A stretch of 64,000 nt of DNA from Octopus vulgaris. Its lineage: Eukaryota. Positions within the stretch are counted from its first letter, which is position 1; each line of letters starts with the position of its first letter. Below the pieces are notes generated by a model. That model worked only from the letters and a program-made list of their open reading frames with translations. It was not told the origin of the DNA and made no database searches. Below are positions 54,014 to 64,000 of the stretch, piece by piece. The stretch lies in the NCBI GenBank assembly GCA_951406725.2, contig OX597827.1:10106001-10170000 (forward strand), in the 5' to 3' direction. The position numbers and the translations under genes are program-made.

Positions 54014-54689
54014 GGTTGATTTGTTTGCTATTTTTTGTAGTTCAAGCATTTATGTGTACACTTTATCATTGGTTCATCATTACACAAAGATTAATAGAGG
54101 AATAGTTATTGTCATTGTTTAGCCCCAGGTCAGCTCTGATCAAAGGAGTTGCTGCAATACCATCTTGCCTTCTTGGTGCATCCATAACTACATTACACAA
54201 TGTCCTTACTTCATGATGGCATAGTGTGATTTGAGAGAATTTATTTGGTATTTCCTGAAGGCTGAAAGATTGCAGAGAAGTCTCAAAGACTGCAGAGAAG
54301 ACTCTTAATTATGGCGCTTAGATTGCTGCAAGGATAAAGATGGTATAGCAATAATACAGCTGTGTTCACATTATTTTTGTAATAAATGAATTCATCCTCT
54401 AAAACGATTATCAGAAAAAAAAATATTTTCTTTCAAGGTTAACACAAAACATTAAAAAAGTGTAATAAAGGAAAAAAAAAACTTTCATTAAAAACTTTTA
54501 ATAAAATAATTTAAATTTTTTGTTTATTTCTTTTTTTCACATTCTTTTTTTTCTTCTCCTAGATCATTCTCATGTTTTTTCTTTTTATAAATAATTTGAT
54601 TGTTTCTTTTTTTTTTGTCTTTAATACATCATTTAAACATTATTTGAAATAAATTGCGAGAAAAAAAAAAAAAACAGAATTTATTTGTT

Positions 54690-54721
<32 letters not shown>

Positions 54722-55010
54722 TTTTTTGTTTTTAATAATAAGATTGCGTAAACTAAACAAATGTTAATTATATTCTGAACTTGAAAAAACTGACCTATTG
54801 ATATTGATGAAATGTGAATTGAAAGAGGGCACCAGAGCTTTGTCAACAACAGAGCAAATGTTTGCTGTCAATGTTTTCACAATTTTCTGTCTCAGTCATG
54901 AGAGAAAAAAAAAGGAAAAAAAAAAACACTCCCTTGAGAAATATGGTAACACATTAATTTTACATGGAACTGACTGAGTCTTAATATATATGTATAATAT
55001 ATAATATATA

Positions 55011-55050
<40 letters not shown>

Positions 55051-55051
<1 letters not shown>

Positions 55052-55264
55052 TTTATTTTAAGCAGCAGAAAATTCAACAAAATCTGTTACTCTGAGTTTC
55101 TCGTTGCCGTTCATCAGACAGTTTTTGTCTGATGAACGGCAACGAGAAACTCAGAGTAACAGATTTTGTTGAATTTTCTGCTGCTTAAAATAAAGCATAT
55201 TACTCTACCACTGGTATTTGAGTACTCTTTTTTCCACCTTGTTTCACATTTATGTGTTTACTCC

Positions 55265-55266
<2 letters not shown>
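55051..55266 (+). mobile_element. Palindromic Penelope-like element (family P2, young copy)
   Basis: Perfect 70-bp arms at 55051-55120 and 55126-55195, then a ~70-bp tail; (TA)n on both sides. Confidence 0.75.
55124..55163 (+). ncRNA. Minimal type-I hammerhead ribozyme motif (mirror copy on the minus strand at about 55084-55121)
   Basis: TTTGT-CTGATGA-ACG(GCAA)CGA-GAAA-CTC(A)GAG-TA-ACAGA gives an intact core, stems I-III and a GUA cleavage triplet. Confidence 0.7.
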
Positions 55267-55341
<75 letters not shown>

Positions 55342-55938
55342 TATATATATATTTACACACACGTACACTCACACACACATATATATATACACACATGCAC
55401 ACACAAATTTACATCAAAGACACCGACACAGTTTCATGAATATGGTAACTTGGGAACTGCTGGTAATGGCTTTGTATATGATGTAAAACTGTTTCTCATT
55501 GGTAAATTCCAAGGTTGTGTAGTTGTGTGGATACTCTGAGTTCCCATTTCATTGCTGTGTAAATTTTTCTTAATACTTGGATGGTAAACATGTCTGCTAC
55601 CGATGTCTGATGGGTAATTTAGTGTTTGTACAAATGAGTTTTTATCTACATTTTGAAGATGTTGAAATTTGCAGGAATAGACATCTGAAATATAGAAAAA
55701 GAGATGTAAAGATAAAGCATGTATGTTTGGATTCATGGATGGATGGATGGATGGATGTGTGTGTGTGTATGTGTGCGTGTGTGTATGTATGTAAGCATGC
55801 ATGTAAATATATATGTGTGTTTATAGTATATATATATATATATATATATAAACATATATAGACATATATAAATAATGTATATATATATTTAGACACACAC
55901 ATATATGTAAATACATACATGCATACGTACATACATAC

Positions 55939-55991
<53 letters not shown>

Positions 55992-56896
55992 TTCAAGTGA
56001 ATAAACAGTTCTGCTTAAATTTTTGTCATCATATTTACTTTTAAGAAAGCATTTTAGCAAGTGGAAATTTTCATTGCTTAAGATATTCTAATGAACAATA
56101 AACTTTTTGTTTAATAGTAACAGGTTTTAATGTAACATAGTAACATAGGATTTAATGATGGCAAAGTCGAAACATTGTTTAATGAATGAAGTAGGCAATG
56201 AAATGTTCTTGCATCATAAGTAAGGAATTTTATCTGACTGATTGACCAAGTTGTAAATAAGCAAATAGCATGCAGGTAAACTATGATTAAAAGATGGAAA
56301 TCATGACGAAGAGCAAGAATGGAGAAAACCTAACTCATATGCAAAAATTCACAAGCATTCATAATTGGAACCATTCACTGATTGAATTTCTAAAGTCCTA
56401 AGTGAAATAAATGCTGTTTTGTCGTGAGGCTTAGACCTTAAGAATAACACTGCAACATAAGGTGTACATCAAGAAATTTGTAAAACCAAATATATATTAT
56501 TGTTCTTAGAGCCAATCTTCACCTGCAGTTCAACTGTTATTGAATAGATTTCTCATTTATTGATGAAGAGTAGTGGTTCTTAATCTGGGCTGCAACACTT
56601 GCAGTAGGGTATTGAGAGTTTACAGGAAGAGGGTAAATGCCCATGGGTATGTTAAAAAAAGTTTTGATATTTCTTAGAAATTTAATATTTAAAATGAGTA
56701 CGATACTTATTTCAAACACATGTTGGGATTAAAATATGAATAAGACATTCTGTTATCAGTGAGCAGAAATGTGACTGATGATGCACTAAAGTCCATTATA
56801 ATTTCTTTATAAATTTCTTTGTCTTAATATTAATAACCACTCAAATTTAATATGAAAGACAACAGCTCACATCTATATATATATATATATATATAT

Positions 56897-57082
56897 AGTT
56901 AATCCAAACAAGAAAGCACAAAAAAACACAACAACGCGAGGATGTGGAACAAATATAGTATTATTGGATGCTCAGGAAAGAAGGAAAGAAGGAGGGTTTA
57001 ATGTTTCAAGCGGAGCTCTTCGTCGGAAACATAGGAGAAGGAAAGATCCAGAGAAGGGAAGACAGAGGAAAAAAATCGCCAA
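56897..57082 (-). mobile_element. Penelope-like remnant, family P1
   Basis: Near-identical to 4548-4735; minus strand reads GTTT-CCGACGA-AGAGCTCCGCTT-GAAA-CATT-AAAC. Confidence 0.6.
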
Positions 57083-57115
57083 TATATATATATATGTGTG
57101 TGTATGTGTGTGTGT

Positions 57116-57250
57116 GGAGGTGCAATGGTCCAGTGGTTAGGGCAGCAGACTCGTGGTTGTGGGATCGCGGTTTCGATTCCCGGACCGGGCGTTGTGAATG
57201 TTTATTGAACGAAAACACCAAAAGCTCCACGAGGCTCTGGCAGGGGGTGG
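57116..57250 (+). mobile_element. Family A SINE 5' part, followed by a family B-like 3' part
   Basis: Matches about 72-210; 57255-57456 resembles the family B tail. Confidence 0.7.
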
Positions 57251-58149
57251 TGTTTGTGTGTGAGTTCTCTCCACTTGACCACCAGTTCTGGTTTGCTTAG
57301 ATCCCTGAGATGTAGCAGATTTGGCTAAAGAGACCAATAGAATAAATATCAAACTTAAAATATTAGTACTGGAGTTGATGTTTTTGACAAACCCTTCATG
57401 GTGGTACTCTAACATGGCTGCAAACAAATGACTAAGCTAAGTAAAAGATAAAAGATACTTATGCCATTCAAACCAGGAGAAACACTAAAATTAAATTAAA
57501 ATTTGATATAATTTAACTTTTCTTTTCTCAATCAAGTAATCAAAAATGGTAAGAAAAAAAAAACGATAGAGATAGAACAGGATAGTCCACTACTTGATAA
57601 ATCCCTCTTCATGCATGAGGGATTAAAGACCTGTTATCATAGTCGTGTAAACTTGAAGCTGATTGGATACTCAGTCGGTTTTAATATTCATTTTTGTCAG
57701 CTGTGTGTACTGGAGTAAAAATGAAAGTAAAGTATATGGCTAAAGAATACAAGGAAATTCTTGAATGAGGAGTCAAAGCTATAATATCATGATTGAAAAC
57801 CAGTGGCCTGACCATTAGGACATACATGATCATAATCAAGCAATAAAGCTGATTGTCCTAGTAATTGATGTAGTGAATGAAAGTGTAATAGACAAGTATG
57901 ATAAACACTGGTATTTACATGACATTTAAGGATCATAAGTATCTATAATGAGCTCTACTCAGCTGAGAGGTTTAAGAATTTGGCGTTATGATGTTCATGC
58001 CGTTTTGTAAGTAGCATTATAAGAATATTTCAAGTAATCAGAAATAAGAATTCAACAAGAGTTAAAACTTCTGTTCCTTTGAAGAATGCCAACAATGTGA
58101 AAATGTCTTGATACATGTGCACACACCCTTATAAATATATGTATAAATA

Positions 58150-58345
58150 TATACACACCCTCCCTTGATCGCTAGACAATGCACATTCGTTATTTTCTCT
58201 CCCTGTTTCTTTCTGTGTTCCTTTCAGTGGAAGAGCATAGACTCGAAACGTTAAAGACTTTTTCATTTCCTGAGTGTTACACTAATACATCTGTTTATTG
58301 TCTACACCACCTGTCTTCATCTTTTGTTTTTTTGTGAACCATACC
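58150..58345 (+). mobile_element. Penelope-like remnant, family P4
   Basis: CTTT-CAGTGGA-AGAGCATAGACTC-GAAA-CGTT-AAAG; reverse homologue of about 29930-30110. Confidence 0.55.
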
Positions 58346-58664
58346 TATATATATATATAATTATTATTTGAGGAAATAAAATCCAAACTTACAGGGAAAA
58401 AAATTCAATTTAGAAATACTAAATCAAATTTCACACAATATAATATATTTATAATATATAATCTACCAATTATATACGTTTTTATTATTTTTTTGTAATT
58501 TACTTTATCATTGACATTTTATTGTTATTTTAATTTTAATATTTCTATTATATGTAATTTTCTAGATGGTGTAATTTAATTGCTCATTTTGAATTGATGA
58601 AAGGTGTTCTTTTTCTAATTTTATATATATATATATATGTATATATATGCACACATATATATAC

Positions 58665-58712
<48 letters not shown>

Positions 58713-58724
58713 TTATATACCTAC

Positions 58725-58761
<37 letters not shown>

Positions 58762-59451
58762 AATATATATACATATATGGTTGGATGGTTTGACCAGATG
58801 TGGTCATCCACAGGGCTACATCATGCTCCATGTCAGCTTTGGCATGGTTCCTAAGGCTGGATGTCCTTCCTAACAGCAGTTACTTTACAGTAACTGTTGG
58901 GATTACCAAATAACTTGCAAGAGAGGAAAGGTAAGAAAAGGGAAAATGTTGTTTAAGGAAAAGGCCTGCTTGACCAAAATGTGGTGATATATGAGAGGGT
59001 GAAGAGTTGATTTTTATGTCACAGAGAAGCAGGTATCTTGCTTATAGAGAAGATACATGGCTACTCCACATTTATATAATGGGAATATCCAGGTAAAAGG
59101 TGAGATGGAAGTGATTGGATGCCAGAGTAAAACCCTCCAGAAGCAAGAGATGTCCAGAGGCAACATACACACAAACACACAGACACACAGACACACAGAC
59201 ACACAGACACACAGACACACAGACACAGACACATACACACACCACCACCAACACACACACACATATCACACATATACATGCATACATACATACATACATA
59301 CATACATACATACATTCAAATATATATATATATGTGGATATATTTAAATAATAAGGGTAAAAAATTGAATATTAATTTGATTAATATCAATTTAAACCAG
59401 TGGCCTAGCATACTGAAAAATCAAAAGATTCAGAAAAATTATATTACATAC

Positions 59452-59617
59452 ATATAAGAGGGATGACCACTAAGTGGACATCCATTATGCTAGATGTAGA
59501 CCCCATATGGTCTAACCACTAAGAAGAGATTGTTCTCAATCTTATCTTAGTGGTTAGACCATATGGGGTCTACTTCTAGCATATTGGATGTCCACTTAGT
59601 GGTCATCCCCCTTATAT
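59452..59617. repeat. ~165-bp near-perfect inverted repeat
   Basis: ATATAAG.GGGATGACCACTAAGTGGACATCCA... is mirrored by ...TGGATGTCCACTTAGTGGTCATCCC.CTTATAT. Confidence 0.85.
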
Positions 59618-60034
59618 GTATATATATGGATATAGATAGATGGAGAGATAGATAGATATATAAACTGATAGATATATATATACATATATACACATACACA
59701 CACACATACATACATACGTACATACATACATGCATACATATATATATATACATACATACATACATACATACATACATACATACATACATACATACATACA
59801 TACTTAGAGTTAGAGATACATATAAATATTTATAGATGATAAAGATCAGATGATTTTTCGATACATGTGAATGAACTCAAGAAATTTAATCTAAATGTCT
59901 TTAATTTATCTCCCTTTGTTTTGGGGAGGATGTTAAAATTTCATGACATGGTTTTTTGCATTTCATCTTTTGCTCTGTTGCTCAGAATGAAATTTCAGAA
60001 AATTATTTATTGTGTGTAGCATTTAGTTTATGAC

Positions 60035-61006
60035 ACTCTTTACTCTTTTACTCTTTTACTTGTTTCAGTCATTTGACTGCGGCCATGCTGGAGCACCGCC
60101 TTTAGTCAAGCAAATCGACCCCGGGACTTATTCTTTGTAAGCCCAGTACTTATTATATCGGTCTCTTTTGCCGAACCGCTAAGTAACGGGGACGTAAACA
60201 GACCAGCATCGGTTGTCAAGCAATGCTAGGGGGGACAAACACAGACACACAAACACACACACACATATATATATATATACATATATACGACAGGCTTCTT
60301 TCAGTCTCCGTCTACCAAATCCACTCACAAGGCATTGGTTGGCCCGGGCCTATAGCAGAAGACACTTGCCCTAGATGCCACGCAGTGGGACTGAACCCGG
60401 AACCATGTGGTTGGTTAGCAAGCTACTTACCACACAGGAAATAAATTATATAAATTCACGATACTGACCAGTCTCAAGTTCTTTCTCTGAGCTTCTTTTT
60501 TGATATTGAATTACGGAAAAAAATTCTGTTTTTCTATTCAGTTGTGTAGACACAAGCAAAATTGTTTTAGGTACAGACATGGGTGTATGGTTAAGAAGCT
60601 TGCTTTGCTACCGTGTGGGTTTGGGTTCAGTTCCACAGCATGTAACCTCAGGCAAGTCTCTTCTACTACAGCTGTGAGCTGATCAATGCCTCATGAGCAA
60701 ATTTAGTGGATAGAAATTATGCAGATGTCCATCTAATGATGGTAAGTATGTGTGTATATATGTGTATATAAATATATATATATATGTGTGTGTGTGTGTC
60801 AGTATTTCTCCTCCCACCTCTTGACAACCGCTGTTCGTTTGTTTACATCCCTGTTACTTAGTGCATTCATAAATGAGACCAATAGGATAAGTAGTGAACT
60901 TATATTTAAGTACGGGTGTCAATTTGTTTGACTAAAACAATCCCTGAAGGCAATGCTCCAGCATGGACACAGTCCAATGACTGAAATAAGTAAAAGATAA
61001 AAGATA
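60035..61006. mobile_element. Two family B SINEs head-to-head (60035-60435 minus; 60569-61006 plus)
   Basis: Family B match on opposite strands. Confidence 0.8.
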
Positions 61007-61512
61007 AATAACAATGTTAATTCCAGATCTGCTTATAAAATCTACCAATTCAAGACATGTGCATAGATGTCACCCATCTGTGTCAAAAGCAGAATAACTT
61101 TTTCTAATATCTCAGGAATTTTCTTTACAATTTCATCACATTATCTCCTCTACCTTTAGCACTGCCAATCAGTTCTACACACATGACATTTTCTATATTA
61201 TTCCATTCAAAGGGAAATTTCAAATAAATGGAAACAAATTTACTGTGCAAGTCATTATTTATACATGTAAAGGCAGCAAGCTGGCAGAATTGTTAGCACG
61301 CTGGGCATGGCACTTAGTGGTGTTTTGTCCATCCTTACATCCTGAGTTCAAGTTCGACCAAGGTCAACTTTGTCTTTCATCCTTTCAGGGTCAATGAAAT
61401 AAGTGCTAGTGAAGCACTGGGGTCAACGTAATCAACCATGCCCTCCCCTAAATTTCAGGACTTGTACCTATAGTAGAAAGGTTTATTTATATACATACAT
61501 ACACACACACAT

Positions 61513-61579
<67 letters not shown>

Positions 61580-61618
61580 CATTCATACATACATACATAT
61601 ACACATACACATTCTCAC

Positions 61619-61670
<52 letters not shown>

Positions 61671-61785
61671 GATGGGCTTCTTTCAGTTTCCATCTAACAA
61701 ATCCACTCACAAGGCTTTGGTCGGCCTGAGGCTATAGTAGAAGACACTTGGCCAAAGTGCCATGCAGTGGGAATGAACCCAGAAC

Positions 61786-61857
<72 letters not shown>

Positions 61858-63259
61858 CATACATATAAACACATACATATACATACATACATATACATAC
61901 ATATACATACATATATACACACATGCACATAAATATACATATTATATTATAAATATTATAGGTATATGTATGTATATAATTTGTGTGTGCATGTATCTAT
62001 ATTGTGTATGTGTGTGTGTATGTTTATATAATAATGTCTTGAGGCCTGTTTCACAACTGTAGCACTTATACTGAAAAAAATAGATTTGTGAAAACCAGTT
62101 ATATGATTTTTCATTTAAATATTATTATTTTTCCTATCTTGTAAACTACACAAGAAAATCGTATTGGCATTAATAAAAAATAAGTCAGAGAGGAGATATT
62201 ATTTCCCCTTAGTTATAAAGTAAGAAAACTTATAATTTGAATCAAGAAGTTCCACACCAATTAGCCTCATCAATACTTGTTTGAAAGCATAAATGTATAT
62301 TTTTAAATATATTCAGATTTTAAATGATATGAACAGGTACTCTATTATAGTTGGTTGGTAAATCTACTGGCTATAAATCCTATGCAATCATTCATTACCT
62401 ACCATATACTCTTTACTCTTTTACTCTTTTACTTGTTTTAGTTGTTTGACTGTGGCGATGCTGGAGCACCGCCTTTAATCGAGCTACTCGACCCCGGGAC
62501 TTATTCTTTGTAAGCCCAGTACTTATTCTATCGGTCTCTTTTTGCCGAACCGCTAAGTGACCGGGACGTAAACACACCAGCATCGGTTGTCAAGCAATGC
62601 TAGGGGGACAAATACAGATACAAAAACACACACACACACACATACATATATATATATACATATATACGACAGGCTTCTTTCAGTTTCCGTCTACCAAATC
62701 CACTCACAAGGCATTGGTCGGCCCGGGGCTATAGCAGAAGACACTTGCCCAAGATGCCACGCAGTGGGACTGAACCCGGAACCATGTGGTTGGTTAGCAA
62801 TCTACTTACCACACAGCCACTCCTGCACCTAACATTGATAATGATATCAGCAAAGATTATTGGGGCTTGACTTGGAAGTTCTGCCACACCCTCAATATTT
62901 GCTTGCCTTTAAATTTTCACTGGTTTCAGTCTCTTAAAACTGAAAATACAGACCTTCAACTCTTAAGAGGTTGTAAAAGTTCATCAGGAATTGTTTTTCA
63001 TTAGCAATGACAAGAATTTCTTTGAACAGGGAATACTTGAACTACCCAAAAGATGGCAGAAGATACTGTAATGAAACAGTAATTATCTCATTGATTATCA
63101 TTCAGTCTGCTGTGATGAATCTACAAACAAACCTACATAACATCTAAGAGTATATTTTATTCCCTCTGAAGAGATTTTTAATTAATTTCACTGTGTATAA
63201 TTGAAACAACTGTAAGGAATAATGATCAATTTGTTGCTGATAATAAACTTTTCCCTTTA

Positions 63260-63887
63260 TCATCATCATCATCATCATTTAGCGTCCGTTCTCCATGCTA
63301 GCATGGGTTGGACAGTTCAACTGGGGTCTGTGAAGCTGGAAGGCTTCATCAGGCCCAGTCAGATCTGGCAGTGTTTCTACGGCTGGATGCCCTTCCTAAC
63401 GCCAACCACTCCGTGTGTGTATTGGGTGCTTTTTACATGCCACCCGCACAGGTGCCAGACAGAGCTGGCAAACGGCCACGAACGGATGGTGCTTTTACGT
63501 GTCAATATGTATAACTATCTATTTATTATCTATCTATCTGTATGTGTGTATGTATGTATGTACGTATATATATATATGTGTGTGTGTGTATATATCTGTA
63601 TATATATGTGTGTGTGTGTGTATATCTGTATATATATATATGGCACGTAAAAAGCACCATCCGATCGTGGCCGTTTGCCAGTGCCGTCTGGTACCTGTGC
63701 CGGTGGCATGTAAAAAGCACCCACTACACTCATGGAGTGGTTGGCGTTAGGAAGGGCATCCAGCCGTAGAAACATTGCCAGATCAGACTGGCCCTGGTGC
63801 AGCCTTCTGGCTTCCCAGACCCCAGTTGAACCATCCAGCACATGCTAGCATGGAAAGCAGATGCTAAATGATGATGATGATGATGAT

Positions 63888-63889
<2 letters not shown>
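63260..63889. mobile_element. Two RTE-type LINE 3' ends head-to-head (63260-63503 minus; 63641-63889 plus)
   Basis: (CAT)n at left and (GAT)n at right, with mutually complementary bodies. Confidence 0.85.
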
Positions 63890-63943
<54 letters not shown>

Positions 63944-64000
63944 CATATATATACATATATATATATATATGATTGATTGATACTAGTTTCAGCTCATGAG

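Overview
AT-rich eukaryotic genomic DNA dense in microsatellites and retroposons. The SINE/LINE repertoire and the (CA)n/(TA)n/(TAA)n load strongly suggest an octopus (coleoid cephalopod) intronic or intergenic region; this is inferred from remembered repeat families, not from a database search. No intact, recognisable protein-coding gene is present, and nearly all ORFs in the track are microsatellite or repeat translations. The window contains: (1) four tRNA-headed SINE families in about 40 copies; (2) 5'-truncated RTE-type LINE 3' ends with (GAT)n tails; (3) several R4/Dong-type LINE C-terminal fragments, mostly in (TAA)n; (4) Penelope-like terminal-repeat remnants with minimal hammerhead-ribozyme motifs, one in a perfect 70-bp inverted repeat; (5) three non-autonomous Helitrons, a Chapaev3-like transposase remnant, and hAT, piggyBac and Ginger-like MITEs, some nested three deep; (6) a 1.8-kb compound minisatellite. 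A few splice-site-bounded stretches of unique DNA, notably a CpG-rich patch at about 28.1-28.7 kb, are low-confidence exon candidates. Repeat boundaries are approximate unless stated exactly.
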